Source: Lama glama | Taxonomy: Eukaryota | Reading direction: 5' to 3' | NCBI GenBank assembly: GCA_028534125.1 | Contig: CM052817.1 | Coordinates: 27,032,001-27,096,000, forward strand | Length of the DNA: 64,000 nucleotides | Part shown: positions 1-13,714 of the stretch, one piece after another | Layout of the letters: the number at the start of each line of letters is the position of its first letter | Numbering within the stretch: position 1 is the stretch's first letter | The notes under the pieces: generated by a model | What the model was told of the DNA's origin: nothing | Seen by the model: the letters and a program-made list of their open reading frames with translations, nothing else | Databases searched by the model: none | Made by a program: the position numbers and the translations under genes

Positions 1-240
1 CAAAAATCAGGAACTTTGGAAGAAAAAAAACCCGATAAATTTAACTTTACCACAATTAAAAATGTTTGCACTTCAAAAGACACCATTAAGAAAGCACAAA
101 GACAAGCCAGAGACAGGGAGAAAATATGTGCAAATCATATATCCAATAAGGGACTTACAGACAAACAACCCAATATAAAAATATGCAGAGTTTGAATAGG
201 TTTATCCCCCAAAAAAGACACAGGAATGGCTAAGAAGCTC
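1..240 (+). mobile_element. Old L1 ORF2 fragment (distal part)
   Basis: Typical L1 motifs: aaaagacaccattaagaaag, gggagaaaatatgtgcaaatcatatatccaataaggg, acaaacaacccaat. Confidence 0.75.
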
Positions 241-429
241 ACTGACTGAATATCTAGCTCAATTACAAGGGGATAAAATTTCATAAATACTATCTTTTGT
301 CCTTTTCAAAAATCTACATAATAGGATGATTTTATTAGAAGCACCACAACATGTTACTTCGTATTTCTCGTATCACAGTGAAGTTTTCAAATCACTGTAA
401 AAAATAATGCTAATAACATCCATACTGGG

Positions 430-1240
430 CAAGAAATAAAACTCTCTCTAGTCACAGATGACATAAACTGGTATACAGACAATCCTAAGGAATTCATATA
501 CACAGTAAAAAAACTATCAGGACTGGTAAACAAGTCCAACAAGGTAGAAGAAACCAAGAGCAACATACCGAAAAAAAAAAAGTTGTATCTCAGGGGTGGG
601 GGGTGGGAAAGGTACAGCTCAGTGGCAGAGTGCATACCCCGCAAGCACAAGGTCCTGGGTTCAATCCCCAGTACCTCCATTTAATAAATAAATAAACACA
701 ACCTAATTACCCCCCTCAAAAAACAAACAAACAAAAAGTTGCATCTCTGTACACTGGCAATGACTACTCTGAAAGTGAAATTGTAAAAATGATTAAATTT
801 ATAAGAGCATCAAGAAGGAAAAAAATACACAAGAATAAATTTAACTAATTAGTGTAAGCTCTGTTCTCTGAGGACAACAAAACACTGTTGGAAGAAATTA
901 AAGACCTAAATCAATGGAAACACATCCCATGTTCATGGATCAGAATTCTTAATGTTGGCAAGACAGCAATATTTCTCAAACTGATCTGGAGATTCAAAAC
1001 AATCCCTCTCAGAAGGCTGGTTCAAAAGGCCCATACCATGTACAACACAAAGACTGAATCCTGGTGTAGACTACAGGCTTTAGTTAGTAGTAATATATCA
1101 ATATTGGCTAATCAGCTGTAACAAATATACCCCACAAATGCAAGACGTTCATAACAGGAAACCTGAGGGTGATATGGAAACTCTACTTTCTGCTCAATTT
1201 ATCTGTAACCTAAAACTGCTTCCCCAAAATAAAGACTATG
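430..1240 (+). mobile_element. Old L1 ORF2 fragment (interrupted by the SINE) joined to an L1MC-like 3' end
   Basis: The translated remnant EEIKDLNQWKHIPCSWIRILNV is an L1 ORF2 signature. The 3' end resembles L1MC (aactctactttctgctcaattt..ctgtaacctaaaactgct). Confidence 0.8.
592..732 (+). mobile_element. Camelid tRNA-Ala-derived SINE (Vic-type) inserted into an L1
   Basis: A box (agctcagtggcagag), B box (gggttcaatccc), (TAAA)n and acctaattacccc tail. TSD aaaaagttg(t/c)atctc at 577-591 and 733-747. Confidence 0.88.
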
Positions 1241-3233
1241 AATTCTTCCAAAGTCAAACAATGTCAATTGCCAAAAAAATAAATAATAATCCTAAAGCCT
1301 AACATTAAGAAGAAGAAACAAATCTTTAAAGCTCATGATGCACTCAGAATTCTGCTCACACCAGAAAGCCAGCTGACGTTTTGGTGAGAAGAGCAGCTGT
1401 TCCCCTGTGGTGTTAAAATAAACTCTGGACAACTTTTTGATAACCTCTCATTTGGCTGCTCCTGAAACAATTGTGTTTACAGTAAATACCAAGATCTACT
1501 ACTGGTGAAGCTCTGAAATTATCTTCCTTATCTGCAATTAACTATAGGCTCTGGAAAGCCTCCCTTTCTTTCAGACTCAAAAAGCAAGTAACTGAATTAA
1601 ACAGACTTCTAAAAATGTTCCTGAAGATTAAATCCTGTTTCTCCTGTCAAATAGCAGCTCTCTCTGCTCATCTCTCCCCCACCAGCAGAACTCAACATTC
1701 CCCACCTCTTCTACTCCCGCAGAACCTGGCGCTTACCTCTAGAGATGTATTTTTCACACTGCAGATCAGCTGGCCCAGTACTGACCGGGCCTATCCCCGA
1801 CACCGTGAGCCCCTGAGGACTGGGACTGTACCACAGTCATTGCATGCTAAGACCTCACACCTGAAAGGCATTACCAATCGGGGTGTTTCTGGATGTAAGT
1901 GATGGACATCTAATTCAAACCAAGTGGCTCACCTGCCAGGAAAGTGGGACTAGTTACTGGTTCTAAGGGCTGCTGAATCTGGGGCTGTAAGTTTTGGGTG
2001 AAGGGCAGGTATATGTGTCCATGTGTCCCCCTCACCCCCATCTCTTTGCTTCCATCTATCTCCCTGCTCCGATTTTCTCTCTGTGTTAACTTCGTTCTCA
2101 GAAAGGCTCTCCCTACATGGTACAAAGAGGGTCACAGCATCTCCAGCTTAACAGACTCACAGAAAGGAAAAACCTCTTTGCAACCGATTCAGTGAAAATA
2201 CCTCAGTAACGGGGCCCTGGGATCCTGACTAGCCAGGCTGATGTCACGTGCCCACGACAGAAGCAGCGCGGTCACCTCCTCTAACAACACGAGCTGAGAA
2301 CAAAGCAAGGGTGACGGGTGCCCAGGGGAAGTCTGGGAGATTTACTGAAAGCAGGAGGAAAAGGATGCTGGGTGGGCAAAGCCAACAGACGTTCACTGCT
2401 TTCCAGGCTTTCAAGACCGCCGGCTCACTCCTTTCTAGTATTTATTCACTGCTTATGATGTCATTCTGAGTTACCAATATCCAGTAGAAAGTGTTTGCAG
2501 TGCCCATTCCAGTATGATATTCTTTCTCTTTCATGTGTGGTTAATACAGGTTCCTTCTCCTGGTCCACAGTGAGGCTATTTTGCATTTAGTTATATTCCT
2601 ATTATTTTTAGGACATTTCTTCTCATTTGTCCTATATGAGTATCTTAATGGCAAGTGCACATATTGCTGAAAATGAATGTATGGCTAGCTTTTGTTGGGG
2701 AGAGATAAGAGTAAATAGAAACTTGCCAAGCAAACCAAAGGAGCACAGACAGAAGCATCCCCAACCCCTGCAAAAAAAAAAAAAAAGACGACAAAAAAGG
2801 CAGGGCTCCAAAATCCACCCTTCACAGTGTGAAACAGAAATGAGGGCAAGTCTCTGAAAAGTACCAGTACAGGTCCAAGCTTTCTCGAGGACATGGCTTT
2901 GTCTCCAAAATCAAGCCAAGACCATGGAGGCTGCTATGGGCGACCTCTGGCTGTGGCTTCTTATACATTTGTTAAGCTTAAGACCTTCCTCTCTTTTCTC
3001 AGAGAGAATGGGACAGAGGAGAGGGAGAAGGAAGAGAAAGAAAAGAAGACAACCATACACTGTACACACAAGCTCACCTGGATCCATCTGCCACCTGTAC
3101 GACACTAGGAATCTCCCACGTAACCAGGAATGATTATTTGAGGTTGTCTCAAAACCGCTTTATGGAATGAACCAAACAACTTTCCCCATCTGACCCAATC
3201 CATTTTATCCAGCCTCTCTTATCTTACACCAAC

Positions 3234-3389
3234 CTGATTTTGCTTTAGTCACCGTCTGTCTCAGGCTTTCACAGGAGCTTTCTTTTATGGATTTTCCATA
3301 CAGCAAACATTTCTGTTCCACGGCTGGGCAGGTCCGACCACAGCATGCTTGGCCCCGGACGGCAACAGCTCACTCAGTGCAGCTCCAAC
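3234..3389 (-). other. APBB2: APBB2 exon 2 (5' UTR, 156 nt)
   Basis: Acceptor tctaatggctcccggcctttcccctccAG|GTTGGAG has a CTAAT branch point and a pyrimidine tract. Donor is CAG|GTTGGT. Strong resemblance to the recalled human 5' UTR. Confidence 0.87.
3269..3346 (-). promoter_or_regulatory. uORF in exon 2, 25 aa MLWSDLPSRGTEMFAVWKIHKRKLL*
   Basis: ATG at 3346 in context GCCAAGC-ATG-C (A at -3), TGA at 3271-3269. Translated by hand; translation in vivo is not shown. Confidence 0.6.
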
Positions 3390-5269
3390 CTGGAGGGGAA
3401 AGGCCGGGAGCCATTAGACGGGTTCACACTCACAAACTCTCTCTCTCTCAAGATTGTATGTTTGGCAGGATAACTACTGTCTGCCAAACAGTTAACATCA
3501 TTAGTGAACAGAGACAACGGTTTATAAGGTGTCCCAAAGACAAGCTTGGGTTATTCTGAGGGGAGGGTTGAAGTATTTAACTATTACTGAAAAGGTATGA
3601 CCAAATAGTTAGGCTCTGTTTGTGGAAAATTTAAAAGCCAGATGTTTTAATTAACCACAGAAAACATGAGCTACAACTAAAGTTTCATGAACACCCTGAT
3701 CTGCCCTGTGGAAAACCACAGGAATGTTCTGGCAAGGCTCAGTCTGAATTCTTGGGACACAGAGGGCTGGAATCATTCCCCTTAGGAACTCGAACAGAAA
3801 ATTAACTTGCTCAATATGTTTAAAAAAGTAAAATGAAACCCAGATTTAATCTCAATCAAATATAAAAACATTTCAGGACTTCAAAGGCACCACCAAAAGA
3901 CACATAAGGGAAAGGTCATAAAAAAATTCCAGTGTGGTTCAGGATTTAGAATGTATTTTCAATGCAAAGTGAGTGGTGTAACAGAAAAATTTATAGGTTG
4001 AATAATCTAAAGGGGAAGCTAATCATCTTTCATTTCCTAATAGAGAAGAATGATATACGAAACCAATATTCAAGCAAGTCATAAATGTTATCAAATGTAT
4101 AATATATCCGGGCAAAAGGAATCACTTAGCTAACCTACTTCATGCCAAACCTGTGGCCTAGCCCACACTAGCTACTATGCTTTAGTAAGAGTCAAAGCAT
4201 CCAGAAAAACAGTGCTAAAATAACGTAGGCTCACTGATATTGCAGCCAGCAATTTGGAAACAGAAAACTCAAATGAGGGAATCTTATAAAAGCAATTAGT
4301 GAACAATTAAGAACTAATGGATGAAGAAGAAGTCTTTGTTAATTATAGTAAGAGTTACGACAACATCGATATGTACCAAATATTGAAAGTCTACTCAAGA
4401 AGGAATGAGATCTATGTTATGTTCTGATACTGGGTCCACAATTCTATTTCTGTACGTCAAAGCAGACCCCGTCACAAGTGTACCAAGCGTATTACATTAA
4501 ACGCCACCTTCATTTGGAAACTCTGTCCCAAAAATCATTTCAAAAGGAGCATAGCAGGGAAAAAGCAAGATATCAAATTACACGTGTGTGGTATAATCCC
4601 AGTTTTGTTCTACAAACTGAGTGCATATAATCTAAAGACACCAAGTATGAACAAAAATAGCTATTCCTGGGTCATGGAATTAGAAATTTATGTATTAATG
4701 TCTTAGTGTTTTCCAAGTTTTCTAAAATTAATATGTATTGTTTGCAGAGTTAGAATATTTTTAAGCAAGGTTTTTATTATTAAACAGTATGGGAATACAA
4801 ATCAGAATTGGCATATCTATATTAGCCTGATCAGCGGGTTTCCTCTTATCTGAATAAGAGAATAAGAGGTAAAATTTTAAAATCTTCATTTATCTGTATT
4901 CCATAATCCTTAACTTAGAAGTTCAAAACCCAAGTGTCCAATAACACTTCCAGGGCTGAACAACAACTGCTTTCCTAAAAACAAAAAATCTTTACTTATT
5001 ATTTTGAAAACTTGCCACAAAGAGACAAGAAAATCACTGTCATTCCCCTCCCTTAACTAACGCATCCAAACTTCTCTTACCACTGGCCATGTCATACAGC
5101 TGTCACTTAATTTAAAAGAGCACCTCCTGGTGTCACTTACGTTTTTACAGGAGCACAGCCCTTAGTGAACACTGTCACACTCCATTTCTGATACTCTTGG
5201 CATCTCAGAAAACACAAAACACAATGGTGGAATATTAACGCTGGCGTACTTGGCAATCCATCACTCTAA

Positions 5270-5415
5270 GAAGCCCAACCTCCTCAGTTTATAAATGAGG
5301 ACACTGTCACCAGAGAAATGAAGTGTCTCTCTCCCAAAGCCACACAGCTGGTGAGGCAGGGATGAGAGTCCAGAGAGCCTGGCTCCACTGTGACCAAGTG
5401 CTCTTTCCACCACTA
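5270..5415 (-). mobile_element. MIR fragment
   Basis: ataaatgaggacactg...cccaaagccacacagctggt matches the MIR core. Confidence 0.6.
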
Positions 5416-7929
5416 CAACAGCTCAGCATGCACTCCCTGAAATACAAGTTTGTATGAACCACAAGCACATGTTAAATTCTTATCAACAAAACCAGTAGAA
5501 CAAGACAGAAGTGTATTCCATCAAAAATGAAATGCATGCAGGAGAAAAAGCGGAGACTCAAAGGCTGGCGAAAATAGACGTGGCTCTGCCCAGAACACGT
5601 TCTGTCAGAGAAACAATGGTGGCAGTGTGCTCAGGCAGCAGGTGTCCTAAACAGAAACTGCCTGTCACACCGAAAGCTTTCTGGTCCTAGCACTTGCCCT
5701 GTTGATAACAGCACAGACCCACTGCTCAAAGCAGGACAAGAGGTTTTCAACAAGAGAAAGCTAGACCTTCACCTGTGAGCCACCTGCAAGAGACAAGAGG
5801 GATGTGTGCTCACCCCAGTGCTGGAGTATGTGACCAGTGGCACCACGTCTGGGCCTCTTCCTCCCAATACGACTGAAGTATTAGGGAAGAGACAATTAGT
5901 GATTTCAAAAATTTAGAAAACAGAGCAGGGATCATTTTGTAATATGTAATAATAGCACCTGGAACAAACGTAGGTCAATTATACTTCAATACAACACTGT
6001 TTAAAACAAAACAAAACAAAAGCATCACTAAGAACTAAAATAAAATAATCCTACTGCTTCATATCTTATGCCTGATGCAACCCTAGGGGTGAGCAGCATT
6101 TTTCTCTTTTCCTCTAAATGATGCATGGGAAACCCTGCTCACCTCCACTACTTTCTCAGCATCTACCTACAGCGCTCACACCACACCAGTCAGAAGCCTG
6201 AGAGTCCCAGAGAACGACAGCAGCCTTAAGAGCAAGGGAGTGAAGAGGACAGATGGCAGCCACAAACTCAAATACGCTCCCGGAAAAGCCTTCACTGAGC
6301 TCCCTTCTCACCTGCCTTTGCCTCCCGAGCAGGAAGCAGGACCACAAAGGCACGAAGTGTGAAGCTGCAACGAGGGATGATGTGACCTCACTTTGGAAGT
6401 GCCAGGACAAACACAATGGCTCTATCCCGCCCCGACTCAGGAGTCAGGCACCCAATGAAAGGAGAAAACGCGTTTTTTCCACCCCAAACCATTCCTAAAA
6501 TCCCCACCATCTACTTCCATGGCTGGACCCTGGAGCAAAGACAATACTGAAAGTTTATTCATTCCTTTCTGCGCCTCAAATCTAATGCTAGAGGTTAATG
6601 TCCACAGAGGGCAAAAGGAATCAGATTCTTGTCACTAGCTCACAATGAAATCAGAGCTGGCTGGTGAGTATTATTCAAGTAACTCTTTAGAGGCATTTGT
6701 AAGGTAATGACAGTAAGTTTAAACTGAGCAATCTGGTAGAATGAACTCTGACCTGCTAATCAAATTGGGCACAATCTTGCTACAGTCACCAAATTATCTT
6801 TCTCAACAGAGACTAAACAGAAATTAGAATTAGATCAGATTCATTGATTTTTGAAGTCCTTTCTTACTTGGAACCTTGGCTGTGTGTTGTTTGGTTTTTA
6901 CTGTCAGTGAATGCCTTCGGTACAACGTGCCCTCAGATACTGCCACCATATGAGAATCTTAAAGGTGTGGCCAGCATTTTTTTTCCCCTATTTTAATGTC
7001 ACAGGTAAAGTTTCCCTTTCTTGAGCCTGACTCCAGAAATATCAACCAAACCAAATCAATACTTCTGAAATTTCTCTCTCAAAATGATCAGGAGGACCAG
7101 ACAAGAATACATCAAAGAACATTCCTCTTGTGGTGTTGGAAATTCAATTTTGAAAACTTAAATTCAGAGTATTGATAAATTCACATCTTAAAATGTTTGG
7201 GAGAGGAGAGTATAAATTGTTTGAAATAATGAGGATTTTTTTTTAATTACTCATCACCCACAACTAAAAAGAATCTATTATGAACAACCTAAACAAGCAC
7301 CCAACATAGGCTGTGGAAACATGATGACTATTTGGAAAAGATTTCGATTGTAACGTCCCGTCATGTTCTCAAGTAAAGAGGGTTCCAACAGCTGCAGGGG
7401 AAGAAAGGGAATTTATGCTTACTAATGTTTTAAGGCTGTTCTGGAAAGAACAAGAGACAAAGAAATCGGTGGATTTAGAGGTTGTGGTCCGGGCTCTGTT
7501 ATTTACCACCCAAGGCTTTCTGGGATAACTAACTTATGCTCGTTAACCTTTGTTCCATCATTTGTAACATGGGGGTGATGGTATAAGCCAACATCATGAG
7601 ACTGTCAACCAATGAAACCAAATATGAAGGCATTATAGAAATTTTTAAACCACTATGTATTCATTTAACAAATATTTACTAAGGAACTGCAAAGCTGCCA
7701 GATAACGGCACTGTGGATACAGGCATGAACGAGAGAGCCGGTCCTTTCCTGCACGGACCTAGGTTAAGGGACGCGGTGTGATCTGTGAGACGCAGAGGGG
7801 GCTACAGGAATCTGCAGGCAGCCTCTAATCCAAATACCAGACAAATATCAGGTATTATCACCTTTACAAGCCCTTGAGGATGTTTCTAAGTGAAAAGTGG
7901 TAGGCATGGCTTTAGTTTTGGTTAATTGC

Positions 7930-8040
7930 TAGCTCATTCACTTAGTACATTTTTATTGAATACTCACTATGTGCCAGGAACTATGCTAAGTGCTAGGGAT
8001 TTAGCGCTGAACAAAATTTCTGCCCTAATGAAGCTGACAC
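7930..8040 (-). mobile_element. L2 3' end
   Basis: tttattgaatactcactatgtgccaggaactatgctaagtgctaggg...ctgccctaatgaagctgaca. Confidence 0.7.
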
Positions 8041-9019
8041 TTCAGTCATTCCTCGTCCATATAAAATGCAAAGTACACGAACTAAACAGATTTAAGCGGC
8101 AAGACTACTTCTGCTGCATTCCAATGATTTTTTTAACCAAAATATCCACACACAAGCTAAAAGGAGTATTCTAATTGATCTAAATACAGTAAACATTTTA
8201 TTTCTCATTCGAATCTCCAGGCCACATTTTACAATATACCAAGTAACTGCCATCATATGAAAGGCACTCTTAGGTCTGAGGGATTACAATCTATGTGTGT
8301 TTTGGCATGGAGAACACGGCCCCCACCCACATCTTTCCCCCCACCCCAAGGAAAAAGAACATATGTTGGAATCCATCCAAACACAACATCAGTTAACAAG
8401 GGGAATATCAGTTATTTTAGAAGCATTTCCTGCAGACATTTTTTTAAAGGATAAAAAAAAGTTGAATTATTTATTTTAGAAACTAAACTGAAGTTCAATT
8501 TTAACATGCCAAATGTCTGCCTTCACAAAGCTTTTAAAAATCTATTTTAAAGGGGGTGGGGGTTGGGGCCTGAGAACTAGGTTATCCAGAATACAGTCAA
8601 CCAAACTGTCTACAAATTCAGTATGGGATGGAAGGGAAGGGGATGAGGAAAGGGGGGAAAAGAGAAAGGAAGAAAGGTGCAGGAGTGATCTCTAGGAGTA
8701 AAAACCTGAAAGCTCACATACTCCACACTATCAACAGCTCATGTTCAAAATACAGTACAGCAAGGAGGAAAGGAAACATGCAGGTAAAAAACGGGCCAAA
8801 ATGCTACTCAGCCCAAGAGCTAGGGTTCCTAAACCTGGCATTCCTTCAAAAATACAAACTCCAAAGCCCAGGTGCTCCGATGCACTAGGGCTGGGGTTGT
8901 GTCCACTAATCTGTTTTTTCAAATGGCCCCACAATGCTGATGCACATCATTCCCATGGCTGGGAACCACTGATGTTCCTTATTGAAAAGAAGTATTGGAA
9001 TGTTTTTATTATAATAACG

Positions 9020-9190
9020 AGTAACTGTTTTGCTAAGTGCTCTCCACTAATCCTCACATCCATCCTAAAGTAGGAACTATTATTACATCTATTTTTGAAT
9101 AGAGAAACTTGAGGCATGAAGAGGTCAAATAACTTGACTGGTGTCACACAGCTTTTAAGTCAGGAACTTGGGATTTTTGCCCAAGTCTTA
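9020..9190 (-). mobile_element. MIR
   Basis: taatcctcac...agagaaacttgaggcatgaagaggtcaaataacttg...gtcacacagct. Confidence 0.7.
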
Positions 9191-12100
9191 TCTGTCCTGT
9201 ATTTTCTTAGCACTCTAATTGGGTGAACTTCAGCAAGTCTGTTTCCTACTCTCTAGTCTGAGAATGTCATATGACTAATCTTAATAATATACCACAGGCA
9301 TTAATATAGAGCTTAAATCCCAAAATTCAGTAATAAATTGTGTAATTTGAGATAATGTGAAAATCGTATATAAAGTGTGGCCTATTCAGAGTATTTGGGA
9401 GGTATCTGGTCAAGTCCACAGTAATTTTAATTACCTTCCATTCCAACTTAAGATCAGTAAAGTAGGATTCTGATCTTAGTGAACATAGACTCCTTCACCA
9501 AGACATTTACCTAGAAAAAAGCTGGACACGGTGGAGCCAGGCTCAATAGGAATTACTGCCAACGGCTTCACACTTCTCACAATGTTATGCTTCTGTTAGT
9601 GTCATTCCATCTTCCTAGACTGCCCGACCCTACTACTCTGATGTGCCAATTATTCACCCTTTGAGGCCCAGCCCAAATTTACCTTCCTCGGGTAGCCTTC
9701 TGTGACGTCCTAGCAGAAATGATCACTGATGCCTTTGTGATTTTTCAATGCTTCTCCTATCACATAGGGCAGGCTGAGGCTTACTCAAAATGTGTGCCTT
9801 ATCTTGACAGAGTCCTTGCAACATCTCACCTCCTCACCCTTTGTTCTCTGGTCACCTGAGTTCTTTCTGGTTCTTCCCCACCTCTCGGAAAGTTCTTTCC
9901 CCAGCTCCTTCTTAGGCTCCTTTCTACGTGACCACTAGGATAACACCGGTGTTCACAAAGGTTTTATCCCGTCTCTCCTCACACTTCATACAAACTTTCT
10001 GGGTGACTTCAACCATGTGCTAAGCCCAGCTACCAGGATAGTCTGATGACTCCCATCTCCCCACCCAGTACATCACCCATTCATTCACCAAACATTTACT
10101 GAGATACACTGTATGTTAAGTATGCACCCTGCCTTCTCTCCAGGCCAGACCTCTCTCTTGACTGTTCTGTGTCCAAGGTATTGGATTACAACTTCTCGTT
10201 CATTGATGTTCTAACCCCACAGTGCATCCATTCTAAGAGGCACATTTCTTCACATTTTCACACAGAATGTGTCTTATAAAAAAACAGTATGTGTGTAAGA
10301 TTTTAAGAAAAATATTGTCAAAAATTTTGATACTATAATGGTGGCTCTTACAAACAATGGCATCTTACAGTCCATGAACTGTAAAGAGCTTCTTTCACAG
10401 GTCCTAATGGAATTCAGGCTCTTCTAACACTGCCAGTCACCCAAGGCTTAGTCTCCAACCACATCTGTGGTATCAACTATTGCCCTCGGGCAACCCGTCT
10501 TCTGTGTCTGTTTACACAGAAAACTCCCAGCTTTGGTTTAACCTCACCAAGTGATGGTTGGTTGAGACTTTGGAGATGTCTTAGTCCTATGATCCCAGAA
10601 GTGCATTAAAAAAAAATGTTTTATCCAGATTCCAATGCTTTAGTACGGAAGTGTGTTTGAGTATCTAGTCCACCGCACAAGAGACCTAAATCTCAAACTG
10701 ATTGTCTTCTCTCAAAACCTACTTTTCTTCCTTTGTTTTTCTGGATGTCATCATGCACTCTCACCCAAATCTGAAACCCAGTAGAGCAAGGACCAATGAC
10801 CCTTCCCCCTTCCCTCCACTACCCCAGTACAACGAGGCACAAGGCCCAACTTCTTGCTTGATCAAAAGTGGGTTTGCTTTTATGTTTCTAATCATCATGG
10901 CACCTAATAGGATAATTTCAATTCAATTCAATTCAAGGACAAGGAAGAAAAGTAAATGAAGCTAAATTAAAACCAAAACCATGCATCCCTGTTATGCATA
11001 TAAAGTGCTTTATATGAAGGAAGGTTTGAATACAGGAAAGTGGAAGAACTAGTTTCACACATACCTCAAAAGAACCAGGACGCTGGCTTCAAAAGAACCA
11101 CAGTCACATCTCCAAGGAGAGGGTTTAGTCAAAAAAAATTATCTGCTGTGATAAATTAATGGTAATTTGGATGTTATTGGTTTTGCTTTCGTTTACTCAA
11201 TAAATTTGTCATTGTTTTACAGTTATATAAGAGCTGGAAGCATAAGGAGTTTATGCCTAGTTTTATGTTCAGGCATATTTAAGCCAGTCCATAATAAAAA
11301 TATTTATGTCAGTACTGGGAATTTGTGAGGATTTTTTTCCTTTAAATAAAGAGGTCCATAAATTACTGAGATTCATGGAACACTGGTCTTTATATACTTC
11401 GCCAACTTTGATACATTTATCATTGTCTCCATAAATGAACAGAGAGAAATGGACACAACAGCACCAGCAAGAAATCATTTACTCAACTCCAGTTTCTCCC
11501 CCAGTTCTCCAGCCGTTTGAATCAGCTCAATACCGATGAATCCTCTAAGGCAGCATGCTTTCTTTCCTCCAACAGTGGCATTTTCTAACAGATAAGTAAT
11601 GTGTTTCTAATATGCAGACACACTGCTCTGCTCAGCTCCTACCATCACCCACTTCCACTAGAATTTGTAAACTGGAACAAATGTACTTGGCAACAGTAAA
11701 GCAAACGAAATATGTTAAGCAAAGGCTAGGCCTTGCCTTAAGGAAGTCCCTTTCCTGGTTGGGTTTCAACAACCGGGAATTTGGGTGAGTACAGCATTGT
11801 TGTTCTGAAAGAGTATGAGAAATTCCCAATCATGTCTTTTTAACTTATTCTTTATGGATTGATGGACTGTGGTTCCTTCAACCTTCAGATATTTCATTTT
11901 TAAAGTTCCCCTACTGAGAAAAAACTTTCTCCTTCTAAACTACTGGCCCATGTGTCAACATCTTGTCTTTCTTTTCCCAGAGTCTAACTTAATCAGAGCC
12001 AGAAGAGAGGTCACAGCATATCCATGAAACCTGTTACTGGACAGAGGAGCACACTGGGGCCCAGGATGTTGAAAAGGCTTACTGAGGGTCACATGGCTGC

Positions 12101-13714
12101 TGGGCAGAACCCAGTTCTACCCAGTTCTGCCACTCAATCCAAGTCTGTGAGTTATCTGATTCATTTTAAATCATAAATATTTGAACTAGGACCTGAAATC
12201 GATGCCTTTGGTCATCATTAAACTTTTTTTGTAAGTCAAGTAACTTGATATTTTGTTCGTTATAATTTGAGGACATCCACAGTGTATGAAACAGCTCGTG
12301 TTTCAATAAAAATCTAGCGAAATTTCTCAAATTCTGAACTCTAATTCCAGGATCTTTATTTGGAAGTGTTTTTTTGTTGCTGTTTTCATTTTTGTTTCTT
12401 AATCAGAATACATTAACTCCAGGTGGGAGAGAATGAGATTACCTTTTTATTCAAAGAGAAAGATAGAACATTCTACTGATAGTTTAAAAATAACACAGTA
12501 ACCACGTGTAACTCGAATTCAGTAACTCTCAGATTCAGATCTGGGGCAGGGAACACAAACACGCATTCTTAACAAGAAGTATTATAACACTGATGATCTG
12601 AATGGGAAACACTGATCTATTCAATTTTTTTTTTAATGAAACCAATCTTGGTACTATTTCTACCTAGTTAAGAAAGTAAGATGGAGAAGGGAAGAAAGTA
12701 AGAGAGAATCCAAATGACACACTACACAGACAGACAGACAGACATGGTGTTACCCTTCAGGCATGTGGAAAAGTAGCTTTCATGAAATAACATTCCTAAA
12801 CTCTGGCCTAGTAAACTATGTTGAAAGTGGTTGCTAAGAATTCTAAAAACCAACTCAAAGCAGAAATGGCGCTATTACCCAAAGAACAGGTGAAATCACA
12901 GACTAGTACAGGGTTCGGCATATTTCAGGCCCTCAAGAAATATTTGTTTAATTAAGAAGCAACTCAAGTTCGAGCTGGAAATCTATTTAACCACAGAAGT
13001 GAAATAATAATTAATATGATCACATCTTATTTTGCCCATGTTCGTTTCCTCAGGGCATCTGTAACGGCTGAATTGGAAATGGAACCATAAGTACTATAAT
13101 AACATTTGTTGGAAAGCTCATCCTGTATTTTCATAGCTTCTATATTGATGGATATGGCTTTATTAACTCTTCTCAGGCTTTTTCAAAGAAATGTGAACTC
13201 TCAAAATTACATACATTATCCACCTTAAACCAAGTAATACTGGCAAGCAAAACCCGCTAGAGAGGATGAGTGGGGAGAAAAGAAAAGGGGAGGAAATGGA
13301 GATACAATTACTTGGGGGAAAAAATCCAAAAGTAAAGAAGTCAGGAATTAAGTGGAACTAAAAACACAAACCGCTACTTCATAGTCCAGATACAGTAACG
13401 TATCATTTTTAACAGAAGAGGTTAAAATATCTCCAACAGACGTTGTGGGGGACACTATCAGAGCTCCTGAGGGCACAGGGAAAAGAAATCTCCCTGTGCT
13501 CGCTAACCCATCACCAGTTCAGCTACATCCATCCAGCCATCCATTTCTTTTTACTTTTCTCATTTCAGGATATTAGCAGTGTTTATTTTATGCCTTTTAT
13601 CCAAAAGAAAAACCTGATGCTACATTAGGAAAGAAAATTTTTCTGTGAAAATAAATGTCTGCTGTGAAGCTAGCTGAGTGCACAGTTATAGGAAACTATT
13701 AAGAAACTTCAAAG

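Noticed and set aside
9449-9478. 9-bp inverted repeat TAAGATCAG...CTGATCTTA
   Set aside because: Too short for a pre-miRNA or MITE, and compatible with chance in 64 kb.
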